NCBI GenBank assembly: GCA_029940125.1 | Contig: JAOZRP010000001.1 | Coordinates: 1-32,316 of the forward strand | DNA: 32,316 bases | Origin: a bacterium | GTDB lineage: Bacteria; Desulfobacterota; Anaeroferrophillalia; Anaeroferrophillales; Anaeroferrophillaceae | Direction: 5' to 3' | Shown here: in pieces, positions 1 to 7,984 of the stretch | How the letters are laid out: each line of letters begins with the position of its first letter | How positions within the stretch are numbered: position 1 is the first letter of the stretch | Position numbers and translations under genes: made by a program | Notes under the pieces: generated by a model | Databases searched by the model: none | What the model was told of the DNA's origin: nothing | Seen by the model: only the letters and a program-made list of their open reading frames with translations

Positions 1-53
1 ACCATCGGAATGGCCGTGGTCAGCAGAATTTTACTGGTGATGATCGTTTCCAT
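1..53 (-). CDS. nuoL: NADH-quinone oxidoreductase subunit L, N-terminal fragment running off the window edge
   Basis: ATG at 53 (plus-strand cat 51-53), 45 nt downstream of the nuoK stop, with purine-rich GAAAAGG just upstream. Translates METIITSKILLTTAIPM..., which is hydrophobic. The call rests mainly on its operon position after nuoK. Confidence 0.4.
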   Translation of the reverse strand, partial: METIITSKILLTTAIPM

Positions 54-98
54 ACCTTTTCCTGCGCGGTAAAAATCCCTTCCGGGAACAATTACCCG

Positions 99-416
99 TT
101 AACCGTGTAAATCATCAACTTTTTCCGGATCCGAAGTCTGGTACCGCCGATAGACGGCCAGGATGACACTGACTCCAATGGCCGCTTCCGCCGCCGCTAT
201 CCCCATAATAAACAAGGTAAAGATCTGGCCCACGGCCGGGTTGGGAGCCAAAAAGCGATTAAAGGCCATAAAATTCAACCCCGCACCGTTGAGAATCAGC
301 TCCGTTGAAATCAGCATGCCGATAAAGGTCCGGTGCTGGATCATCCCGTACAAACCCAGAATCAGCAGGAACAACGCCACCACCAGATACGTATTGAGAT
401 TGCCGCTCAAATACAT
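99..416 (-). CDS. nuoK: NADH-quinone oxidoreductase subunit K (ND4L-like)
   Basis: 105-aa ORF with three hydrophobic helices and the LISTELILNG and IAAAEAAIG segments typical of NuoK. Its ATG overlaps the nuoJ stop by 1 nt. Confidence 0.9.
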   Translation of the reverse strand: MYLSGNLNTYLVVALFLLILGLYGMIQHRTFIGMLISTELILNGAGLNFMAFNRFLAPNPAVGQIFTLFIMGIAAAEAAIGVSVILAVYRRYQTSDPEKVDDLHG

Positions 417-937
417 CAGAAGTGCTCCCCTTTTTTCCCGCGGGCCAGAACGATAGCCCCAACAATAGCCGCCAGCAGAACTACGGAAATCAATTCAAAG
501 GCCAGGCAATACTGGTACAACAGGCTTTCACCCAGATAAGGCAGGGTAAAGTCGCCGATCCTGGACGCCGACGGCACCCAGATGGTCCGGCTGAGGGCAA
601 CCAGCAGCAGCAGAAAAACCAGGATGCTCGACAGCATGGCCAGAAAGGTGTTTTTCCCGGTAATGCCTTCCCGCTGCACCTGTGAGGGGGTATAACCCAC
701 CATGATCCCGAAAACAATCATGATGCAAACCGCCCCAACGTAAATCAGGATCTGCATCATGGCCAGGAAAGGGCTGCCCAGGTAAAAATACAAGCCGGCC
801 ACGCCCAGCAGGGAAACAGCCAGCCCCAGCACCGCATGCATGAGGATGCGGGTCCTGACTGCCAGCAGGCCGCCGAAAAAAACCAGCAGGATAAAGGCAA
901 AGAAAAGGGCCTCGGTAATATACTGGTAGAGAATCAT
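416..937 (-). CDS. nuoJ: NADH-quinone oxidoreductase subunit J (ND6-like)
   Basis: 173-aa polytopic hydrophobic ORF in the nuoI-nuoK position, with an ATGA overlap with the nuoI stop. Confidence 0.88.
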   Translation of the reverse strand: MILYQYITEALFFAFILLVFFGGLLAVRTRILMHAVLGLAVSLLGVAGLYFYLGSPFLAMMQILIYVGAVCIMIVFGIMVGYTPSQVQREGITGKNTFLAMLSSILVFLLLLVALSRTIWVPSASRIGDFTLPYLGESLLYQYCLAFELISVVLLAAIVGAIVLARGKKGEHF

Positions 938-1380
938 CCCTTCTCCTCCAGCCGTTTAATCAGGTCATAATGAAATTCTTCCCTGGTAAAACCGGCAATA
1001 TTATAATCCTGGGAATAATTAATCGCCCCTTTGGGACAGGTTTCCACGCAGGTCCCGCACAGGCTGCACTTGGTAAAGTCAAGCTGGAACTTCGTCAACG
1101 TTTTTTTCTTTTCACCTTCCTTTTTCTCACCGGCAACGGTAATGCAGTCAGAAGGGCAGGCCCGGGCGCACATGCCGCAGACAATGCAGGGACATTCACC
1201 GGTTTCAGGGTCACGGACCAACTCAATGTGACCGCGGTAATTTGGCGTAATTTCCAGCTTTTCCCGGGGATACTGAACCGTGACAATGGGCTGCACGAAG
1301 GCTTTCAGGGTCACCCCCAGGCCGATGATCAGGCTTTTGCCGCCCACATAAAGTTCTCTGAAATAACCACTGTTTTTCAT
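934..1380 (-). CDS. nuoI: NADH-quinone oxidoreductase subunit I (2x[4Fe-4S] ferredoxin-like)
   Basis: 148 aa with two CxxCxxCxxxCP motifs (CIVCGMCARACP and CSLCGTCVETCP). ATGA overlap with the nuoH stop. Confidence 0.93.
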   Translation of the reverse strand: MKNSGYFRELYVGGKSLIIGLGVTLKAFVQPIVTVQYPREKLEITPNYRGHIELVRDPETGECPCIVCGMCARACPSDCITVAGEKKEGEKKKTLTKFQLDFTKCSLCGTCVETCPKGAINYSQDYNIAGFTREEFHYDLIKRLEEKG

Positions 1381-2354
1381 AGCTTGACCAACACCGCGGT
1401 AACCAGCAGGTTAACAAGAGCAAAAGGAATCATATATTTCCAGCAGAAGTTCATCAGCTGGTCGAAGCGGGTCCGGGGATACGTCCACCGCACCCAAATC
1501 ATGAAAACCATCAAACCATAGGCCTTGATAAAAAACCAGATGGCCCCGCTGTAGGCGCCAAAAGGCAGGGGGATGCCATGCCAGCCGCCAAGGAACAGCA
1601 CCGTGGCAATGGAACAGACAACAAACATGTTGGCATATTCCGCCAGCATGAAAAGGCTGAAACCCATGCCGCTGTACTCGGTATGGTAGCCGGCAGTCAG
1701 TTCGCTCTCCGCCTCGGGAAGGTCAAAAGGCGCCCGGTTGGTTTCCGCGAAGGAAGCAACAATGTAAATCAAAAAAGCAACCGGCTGAACCAGGAAAAAC
1801 CAGATTTTGCCCTGGGCCTGGACAATGCCCTGCATGCTGAAGGTGTTGGTCATCAGAATGACTGCCAGCAGCGAAAGCAGCATGGGGATCTCATAGGAAA
1901 TGTTCTGGGCCACCGAACGCATGGCGCCAAAAAGCGAATATTTATTATTTGATCCCCAACCGGCCATCAGGATGGCCAGCACGTTGAGAGAAGAAATGGC
2001 CAGAATAAAAATCAGGCCGACATCAAAATCCCGAACCTGCAGCTTGGGACTGAACGGAATGACAATCAGGGGCAGGACTACCGGCGCAAAGGAAAGCAGG
2101 GGGGCAGCCCGGAACAAGGTCCGGTCGGCATCCTTGGGAACAATCAACTGTTTGCCGATCAACTTCAAGCCGTCAATCACCAGCTGCAGGATACCGTGGG
2201 GACCAACCTCCATCAAGCCGGGACGGCGCTGGATATGGGCGGAAATCTTCCGTTCCAGGTAGCCCATGATCAACGCGTTGATGAACACAAAGGCAACAAC
2301 CAGAACGACTGAAATCAACATCCGCAATAATTCATAGAGTACGGCAGTTTCCAT
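1377..2354 (-). CDS. nuoH: NADH-quinone oxidoreductase subunit H (ND1-like)
   Basis: 325-aa polytopic membrane ORF with the conserved AETNRAPFDLPEAESELTAGYHTEYSGM loop. ATG at 2354, 5 nt after the nuoD stop. Confidence 0.95.
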   Translation of the reverse strand: METAVLYELLRMLISVVLVVAFVFINALIMGYLERKISAHIQRRPGLMEVGPHGILQLVIDGLKLIGKQLIVPKDADRTLFRAAPLLSFAPVVLPLIVIPFSPKLQVRDFDVGLIFILAISSLNVLAILMAGWGSNNKYSLFGAMRSVAQNISYEIPMLLSLLAVILMTNTFSMQGIVQAQGKIWFFLVQPVAFLIYIVASFAETNRAPFDLPEAESELTAGYHTEYSGMGFSLFMLAEYANMFVVCSIATVLFLGGWHGIPLPFGAYSGAIWFFIKAYGLMVFMIWVRWTYPRTRFDQLMNFCWKYMIPFALVNLLVTAVLVKL

Positions 2355-2359
2355 TGATT

Positions 2360-3475
2360 CTACCTGTCAATCTCGGGGATAACCAGATCCAGACTTCCCA
2401 TCGCCGCCACCAGGTCGGAAAGCAGCATGCCCCGACACAACTCCGGCAACACACTGAGGTTGGAATAGGAAGGAACCCTGATTTTCAGACGATAGGGAAC
2501 ATCACTGCCATCGCCCACCAGATAATACGTCAATTCACCCCGGGCCGCTTCGACCGAAAAACAGCAGTCGCCCGCCGGCAGCTTTATTTTCTTTGGAATT
2601 TTGCCCCGGTACGGACCTTCGGGAAGCTTGTCCAGGGCCTGCTCAATAATCCGCAGGCTCTGCTCCATTTCCCGCATGCGCACCATGTACCGGTCCAGAG
2701 AATCGCCATTCTCCCCCACCGGAATATCGAAGTCAAATTCGGAATAGACCGAATACGGCTGATTTTTTCTAACATCGTAAGGGATGCCGGAACCACGGGC
2801 CACCGGGCCGGTGGCACCATACCGGCGGCACATATCGGCATCAATGATGCCGACACCTTTCACCCGATTGATAAAAATCACGTTGCCGGTTACCAGCTTC
2901 TCAAAGATGTCAAAACGCTGCCGCAGACGCTTGATAAACGCCCGGGTGCGCTCGACGAATTTATCATCAATATCCTTCGAGACCCCACCAACCCGGAAAT
3001 AGCAGTAGGTCAGTCGGGAGCCGGTGATATCTTCCAAAATATCAAGGATCTGTTCCCGGTCATCGAATGAATAGAGAATCGGGGTAAAGGCACCCAGGTC
3101 CAGCAGCAGCGCCCCGAACCAGAGCAGGTGGCTGGCAATCCGGTTCAGTTCGGAAGTAATCACCCGGATATATTCGGCCCGGGGGGGAACCTCGATGCCG
3201 GCCATGCGTTCAATCAGGGCGGCATAGCCATGATTGTAGGGCAGGGCGGCGGCGTAGTCCATCCGGGCGGTGTTGGGCATGAAGGCCGTGCAGGTGCGAC
3301 ACTCGGCCAACTTCTCCTGCATTCGGTGGCCATATCCCAGAACCGGCTGCGGCTCGATGATATATTCACCGTCCATTTCCAGGAGAACCCGAAGAACCCC
3401 GTGGGTACTGGGATGCTGCGGCCCCATATTGAGGAAAAAGCGGTGGGGCTGGGAAATTTTAGTAAGTTCCGGCAT
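2360..3475 (-). CDS. nuoD: NADH-quinone oxidoreductase subunit D (49-kDa subunit)
   Basis: 371 aa, with N-terminal GPQHPSTHGVLR and C-terminal LDLVIPEIDR, both characteristic of NuoD and the [NiFe]-hydrogenase large-subunit fold. Confidence 0.95.
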   Translation of the reverse strand: MPELTKISQPHRFFLNMGPQHPSTHGVLRVLLEMDGEYIIEPQPVLGYGHRMQEKLAECRTCTAFMPNTARMDYAAALPYNHGYAALIERMAGIEVPPRAEYIRVITSELNRIASHLLWFGALLLDLGAFTPILYSFDDREQILDILEDITGSRLTYCYFRVGGVSKDIDDKFVERTRAFIKRLRQRFDIFEKLVTGNVIFINRVKGVGIIDADMCRRYGATGPVARGSGIPYDVRKNQPYSVYSEFDFDIPVGENGDSLDRYMVRMREMEQSLRIIEQALDKLPEGPYRGKIPKKIKLPAGDCCFSVEAARGELTYYLVGDGSDVPYRLKIRVPSYSNLSVLPELCRGMLLSDLVAAMGSLDLVIPEIDR

Positions 3476-3484
3476 AATCAGGTC

Positions 3485-4006
3485 TCAACTCTTCTCCGAT
3501 CCACTCGGCTCAGCTGCTTCATTTTCCCCTTCAGCTTCGGCCGGCTGCCAACTGACTTCCTGACAACTTTTCAGTTTATCTTCTTCCTTGAGCAAAGGCT
3601 TCAAATCCTCACTGCCCTCAGGCAGGATGAGCGGCTCCAGGTTGGGATGATCTTGAAAAACAATGCCAAAAAAATCTTTCACTTCCCGTTCATGCCAGTT
3701 GGATCCCTGGAAAATATCAGAGATAGTCGGCACGACCCCGTCAGCATCCAGGAATAAACGTCCAAGAATCCGCGACTGGGAATTGAATTGAGCAAACTGA
3801 TAAACCAACTCGATGGCGGGACTCATATGCACCGCCGACATGAAAACCAGAAAATATTCCGCCTCCAGCATCAGCCTGGCAAAATCACGCAGCGTATCGG
3901 CAGTCAGCAGAATCTCGGCATGGTAGCCCCGCTGTGCGAAATCAACTTCCTGCAGTTCCAGCGACAACTTCCGGAGCGACTGGGCAAATGATTCAGTTCG
4001 GTGCAT
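3485..4006 (-). CDS. nuoC: NADH-quinone oxidoreductase subunit C (30-kDa subunit) with an acidic C-terminal tail
   Basis: Carries the NuoC motif [16 protein letters not shown]. The ORF-track start (4042) is GTG. The ATG at 4006 has an AGAGGAAAG Shine-Dalgarno about 8 nt upstream and is preferred. The last ~45 aa are E/D/K-rich. Confidence 0.85.
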   Translation of the reverse strand: MHRTESFAQSLRKLSLELQEVDFAQRGYHAEILLTADTLRDFARLMLEAEYFLVFMSAVHMSPAIELVYQFAQFNSQSRILGRLFLDADGVVPTISDIFQGSNWHEREVKDFFGIVFQDHPNLEPLILPEGSEDLKPLLKEEDKLKSCQEVSWQPAEAEGENEAAEPSGSEKS

Positions 4007-4589
4007 CTGATACTTTCCTCTGGGGAAATGGATGGCGGACACCGGTAATTTTTTCCTGCAGCTTCAGGATTCCCTCAATCAGGCCTTCCGGCCGGGGGGG
4101 ACAACCGGGGACATAGACATCAACCGGAATGAGTTTATCGATCCCTTCTATGACATTGTAGTTTTCCTTGACCGCAAACGGCCCACCGGAAATGGCGCAG
4201 TTGCCCATGGCAATCACATATTTGGGAGATGGCATCTGCTCATAGAGGGTCATCACCGCCGGGGCCATCTTTTTATTGACCGTACCGGCCACAATCATCA
4301 GGTCGGACTGCCGGGGCGACGGGCGAAAAACCTCGGAGCCATATCGCGCGATATCAAAACGGGCCATGCCCATGCACATCATCTCAATGGCACAGCAGGC
4401 CAGGCCAAAGGTCATCGGCCACAAGGAATTCGCCCGGCAGACATCCAGAATCTTCTCCGCCAGCTGCAGGCGAACGATGGGACCGGGATCCTGCTCAACC
4501 AGGTTCCCGGGGGTTCCGCGCTCGTTCCGCTCCCGGAGCTCCCCGGCATAGGAATGAATCCTCAGCATATTTCTTTTTTCTTCGGCCAC
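3993..4589 (-). CDS. nuoB: NADH-quinone oxidoreductase subunit B (PSST, N2 cluster)
   Basis: 198 aa with [19 protein letters not shown] and PGCPPRPE cysteine motifs. GTG start at 4589 is preceded by AAAGGAG. Overlaps the nuoA 3' end. Confidence 0.93.
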   Translation of the reverse strand: MAEEKRNMLRIHSYAGELRERNERGTPGNLVEQDPGPIVRLQLAEKILDVCRANSLWPMTFGLACCAIEMMCMGMARFDIARYGSEVFRPSPRQSDLMIVAGTVNKKMAPAVMTLYEQMPSPKYVIAMGNCAISGGPFAVKENYNVIEGIDKLIPVDVYVPGCPPRPEGLIEGILKLQEKITGVRHPFPQRKVSDAPN

Positions 4590-4954
4590 ACGAACACTCC
4601 TTTGACCCAGGCGTAGACAACCGCCAGGGAGAGGATGGCAATAAAAATGACAAACTCGATCACTCCACGCATGCCGGACACCTTGTCAAAGGCCGTGGCA
4701 ACCGGAAAAAGATAGAGAATGTCAACATCAAAGGCCAGGAAAATCAACGCGTACAGATAATAGGAAACCCCGAAACGGATATCCCAGGCGGTACCGTAGG
4801 GATCCATGCCGCATTCATAGGTTTCAAGGGTTTTTTTATTGGTCAGGCGGGGACGGAGGATATTGGAAAGGATGAAGATGCAGAAGGCAACGACAAAACC
4901 AACCAGCAGAAAAAAACAGACATAGGTAAAATCAACCAGATACTTTTCCGTCAT
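4562..4954 (-). CDS. nuoA: NADH-quinone oxidoreductase subunit A (ND3-like)
   Basis: Carries the YECGMDP motif and three TM helices. The ORF track extends to 5017, but the ATG at 4954 (MTEKYLV...) has a GGGAG Shine-Dalgarno about 10 nt upstream. Confidence 0.88.
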   Translation of the reverse strand: MTEKYLVDFTYVCFFLLVGFVVAFCIFILSNILRPRLTNKKTLETYECGMDPYGTAWDIRFGVSYYLYALIFLAFDVDILYLFPVATAFDKVSGMRGVIEFVIFIAILSLAVVYAWVKGVFVWPKKKEIC

Positions 4955-5071
4955 TGTTTCCAGACTCCCATGATGAGCGGGGAACATTACTGCGAAAAGC
5001 CTCAAAGCACAAGGCACATAAAACCATAGCGGGCTGGTAAATTTTAAAACATCGAGAACAAAAACGGATAG

Positions 5072-5100
5072 TAAATAGCCGAATAGAAGTACGATGTCAA
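5072..5100 (-). promoter_or_regulatory. Candidate sigma70-type promoter for the nuo operon (proximal)
   Basis: On the minus strand: TTGACA (5100-5095), a 17-nt spacer, then TATTTA (5077-5072). The -35 is perfect and the -10 is weak. It would give a ~110-nt leader to nuoA. Confidence 0.25.
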
Positions 5101-5413
5101 GAAATTATTTTCGCTTATCTCCTTTTTTTTAAAAAAGGCTTTATTATTAACTGGTTGATATCAATAAAAGAATTCCCATCCCCATGGTACAAAAAAGACA
5201 AAAAACAACCATCGTTCAGCAGTAAAACAAGGATTTGACAACCCGTTAAATTTTCAACCTTATAATTTCATAACAGGCTTTGATTGAGAACAAAAAACAT
5301 TTCGAAAAAGAGCCCAAGGGAAGATACAACCGGATAACCGGACATTGCAGCGACCATCACATAATCATAATCCGTCAGCACGGACCGATCATGTGAATTT
5401 AATATCAAAACAG

Positions 5414-5442
5414 ATTATAACATTCTAATACTGCATTATAAA
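5414..5442 (-). promoter_or_regulatory. Candidate extended -10 promoter (distal; nuo leader or independent transcript)
   Basis: On the minus strand: TTTATA (5442-5437), a 17-nt spacer, then TGTTATAAT (5422-5414), a perfect extended -10. It lies in very AT-rich DNA, so a chance match is plausible. Confidence 0.3.
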
Positions 5443-5525
5443 ATGATTAAATATTCATCACCTTTTTGGTCATGATTTTATTGGCATTTGGCAGCGGCAG
5501 AAAAAATGTCGTCAGCCGTACAAAG

Positions 5526-5557
5526 ACAAAAAAAGGCAGGCCCGAATCAGGCCTGCC
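5526..5557 (-). terminator. Rho-independent terminator downstream of nfnB (hairpin usable on both strands)
   Basis: Stem GGCAGGCC (5535-5542) pairs with GGCCTGCC (5550-5557) around a 7-nt loop. On the minus strand it is followed by TTTTTTTGT. It lies 37 nt after the nfnB stop. On the plus strand it is followed by TTTTCC. Confidence 0.85.
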
Positions 5558-5593
5558 TTTTCCTCACATTTAAAAGCAGTCTTTACTTGCGTC

Positions 5594-6994
5594 TTACATT
5601 TCCGTTAAATACTCATGCATGGCGACCGCGGCTTTTTTGCCGGCACCCATGGCCATAATCACGGTTGCCGCCCCGGTAACGATGTCGCCGCCGGCAAAAA
5701 CGCCTTTGCGACTGGTTTTGCCGCTTTCCTCATCAGCAACAATATTGCCCCAGCGGGTCAATTCAAGCCCCGGGGTGGTATTGGGAATCAGGGGATTCGG
5801 GCCGTTGCCGATGGCAACCACCACCGTATCCACCTCCAGAATAAACTCCGAACCCTCGATGGGCACCGGCCGGCGGCGACCGGACTCGTCCGGTTCTCCC
5901 AGCTCCATGCGGATGCACTCCACCCCGGACACCCAGCCGTCGTCATTGCCGACGATGCTCATCGGGTTGGCCAGCAGGACAAAATCAACCCCCTCCTGCT
6001 CAGCATGATGAATCTCCTCATCACGGGCCGGCATTTCAGCCCGGGAGCGTCGGTAGACAATATAGGATTTTTCCGCCCCCAGGCGCAGGGCGGTCCGGGA
6101 GGCGTCCATGGCCACGTTGCCGCCGCCGAAAACCGCCACCTTTTTTCCTTTGACAATCGGGGTGTCATATTCCGGGAAAAGGTAGGCCTTCATCAGGTTC
6201 GAACGGGTCAGGTACTCGTTGGCGGAATAGACGCCGTTGAGGTTCTCGCCGGGGATGTTCATGAACATGGGCAGTCCGGCGCCGGTGCCGACGAAAACGG
6301 CGTCAAAATTTTCCAGCAGCTCGTCAACCGTATCCAGCATGCCAACCACATAATCAACCACTACCTTGACGCCCAGTGACTGCAGGTAGTCAACCTCCGC
6401 CTGCACAATGTCTTTTGGCAGCCGGAACTCGGGGATGCCGTATACCAGCACGCCGCCGGTTTTGTGCAGGGCCTCGAAAACGGTTACGTCGTGGCCCAGC
6501 TTAACCAGGTCGCCGGCACAGGTCAGGCCGGCCGGACCGCTGCCGACAATGGCCACCTTTTTACCGGTGGGCGGGGCAATGGACGGTTTTGAAACCTTGC
6601 CCTGGTTACGTTCATAATCGGCGGCAAAACGTTCAAGACGGCCAATGGCCACCGGCTCTCCCTTTTTACCCACTACGCATTTAGCCTCACATTGACTTTC
6701 CTGGGGACAAACCCGGCCGCAGACCGCCGGCAGGGCATTGGTCTCCTTCAACTTCCGGGCCGCGCCAACGAAATCGCCGTCGGCGATCAAGGCAATAAAT
6801 TCGGGAATTTTCACGTTGACCGGACAGCCCTCGACACATTTCGGCTTCTTGCACTGCAGGCAGCGGGAGGCCTCCAGCATGGCGGTTTCCGGGCTGTAGC
6901 CGTAAGGAACCTCCTGGAAATTGCGGGCCCTGACCTGCGGATCCTGTTCAGGCATCGGCTGCCGGGGAATTTTTTGTTTTTTCTCAGCACTCAT
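5594..6994 (-). CDS. nfnB: NfnB/SudA/GltD-family NAD(P)H-dependent FAD/[4Fe-4S] oxidoreductase, large subunit
   Basis: 466 aa. N-terminal Cys clusters CLQCKKPKCVEGCP and CGRVCPQESQCEAKC. Two dinucleotide folds, VAIVGSGPAGLTCAG and VAVFGGGNVAMD. ATGA overlap with the upstream PyrK-like subunit. Confidence 0.85.
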   Translation of the reverse strand: MSAEKKQKIPRQPMPEQDPQVRARNFQEVPYGYSPETAMLEASRCLQCKKPKCVEGCPVNVKIPEFIALIADGDFVGAARKLKETNALPAVCGRVCPQESQCEAKCVVGKKGEPVAIGRLERFAADYERNQGKVSKPSIAPPTGKKVAIVGSGPAGLTCAGDLVKLGHDVTVFEALHKTGGVLVYGIPEFRLPKDIVQAEVDYLQSLGVKVVVDYVVGMLDTVDELLENFDAVFVGTGAGLPMFMNIPGENLNGVYSANEYLTRSNLMKAYLFPEYDTPIVKGKKVAVFGGGNVAMDASRTALRLGAEKSYIVYRRSRAEMPARDEEIHHAEQEGVDFVLLANPMSIVGNDDGWVSGVECIRMELGEPDESGRRRPVPIEGSEFILEVDTVVVAIGNGPNPLIPNTTPGLELTRWGNIVADEESGKTSRKGVFAGGDIVTGAATVIMAMGAGKKAAVAMHEYLTEM

Positions 6995-7881
6995 GACACA
7001 CCTCCATCATTTCCACCGCAGCTGCCATCACAAACATGTCCATGCTGTTGACGAAAAAGCTCCATGGCCGCTTTTTCCTGCTCCACATAAATGCGCTGGC
7101 GGGTCATCAATTCGTCAAAATCGACCTGGTGGCCGTCAAATTCAGGCCCCTCGACACAAACAAAGCGGGTAACGCCACCCACGGTTACCCGGCAGGCACC
7201 ACACATGCCGGTGGCATCAACCATGATCGAATTCAAGCTCACCAGGGTTTTTACTCCAAACGGCTCCGAGGTCTTGGCCACGAACTTCATCATAATCGGC
7301 GGGCCGATGCCGATCACCAGGTTGATGTCCCCCTGGTCCCGATCCTTTTCCAGCAGTTCCTGCTCCACGGCAGTCACCAGGCCATGGCGGCCGTAGGAAC
7401 CGTCATCGGTAGTGACATAGACCTCGTCGCTGATGGCCCGCATTTTGTCTTCCCAGAACAACAGCTCCTTGGTTCTCGCCCCCATAATCGTAATAACCTT
7501 GTTCCCATGCTTTTTCAGCTCGCGGATAATGTTGTGCACCGGAGCAATGCCAATGCCGCCGGCCACGCAGAGAACCGTACCATAATTCTCCATGTGGGTC
7601 GGCTTGCCCAGCGGGCCGATGAAATCCAGAATTTCATCACCAACCTCCAACAGCCCCAAAGCGGCAGTGCTTTTACCCACCTCCTGAAAAACCAGCGTCA
7701 CCAGACCCTTGTCGGTATCAGTGTCTGCGATCGTCAAGGGAATGCGCTCTCCCTGCTCGTTGATCCGCAGGACGACAAACTGCCCCCCTTTGGCCTTTTT
7801 GGCAATCTGCGGGGCCTCCACCTGCATCATCCAGACGGCCGGATCCTGCGAAAATCCTGTTTTTGCCACAATCCTGTTCAC
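6991..7881 (-). CDS. nfnA: NfnA/SudB-type ferredoxin-NADP reductase-like small subunit (PyrK-like FAD/[2Fe-2S])
   Basis: 296 aa. FNR-like fold (GQFVVLR, RIPLTIAD, CVAGGIGIAP) plus a C-terminal cluster motif DATGMCGACRV...FVCVEGP. GTG start at 7881 with an AAAGGAG Shine-Dalgarno 7 nt upstream. Confidence 0.85.
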   Translation of the reverse strand: MNRIVAKTGFSQDPAVWMMQVEAPQIAKKAKGGQFVVLRINEQGERIPLTIADTDTDKGLVTLVFQEVGKSTAALGLLEVGDEILDFIGPLGKPTHMENYGTVLCVAGGIGIAPVHNIIRELKKHGNKVITIMGARTKELLFWEDKMRAISDEVYVTTDDGSYGRHGLVTAVEQELLEKDRDQGDINLVIGIGPPIMMKFVAKTSEPFGVKTLVSLNSIMVDATGMCGACRVTVGGVTRFVCVEGPEFDGHQVDFDELMTRQRIYVEQEKAAMELFRQQHGHVCDGSCGGNDGGVS

Positions 7882-7984
7882 GATAAACTCCTTTCGATAA
7901 CCATGACCACAACCTTGCTAAAAATTACACAAGGCCCTCTTCTAGTATAGAAGTACTGCGCTGTCAAGGAATTTTTGACCCCAG

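Noticed and set aside
4955-5017. N-terminal extensions implied by the ORF track for nuoA (to 5017), ftsA (to 13929), mraZ (to 30034), nuoC (to 4042) and murG (to 19581).
   Set aside because: The extensions begin at upstream alternative or chance start codons without Shine-Dalgarno sequences. They add non-conserved residues ahead of canonical family N-termini. Internal starts with good Shine-Dalgarno spacing exist in each case.
5472-5573. 33-codon plus-strand ORF (MILLAFGSGRKNVV...) in the AT-rich spacer.
   Set aside because: It has no Shine-Dalgarno, it reads straight through the terminator hairpin, and the peptide has no recognisable features.
7882-7984. Possible promoter and terminator in the 103-nt gap between the carbamoyltransferase and nfnA: a TTGACA on the minus strand at 7967-7962 and a CTTCTA/TAGAAG hairpin at 7939-7953.
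   Set aside because: No acceptable -10 lies at 16-18 nt (TAGAAG at 17 nt; TATACT only at 12 nt). The hairpin is 6 bp, AT-rich and lacks a U-tract. This is not enough evidence to call either feature.
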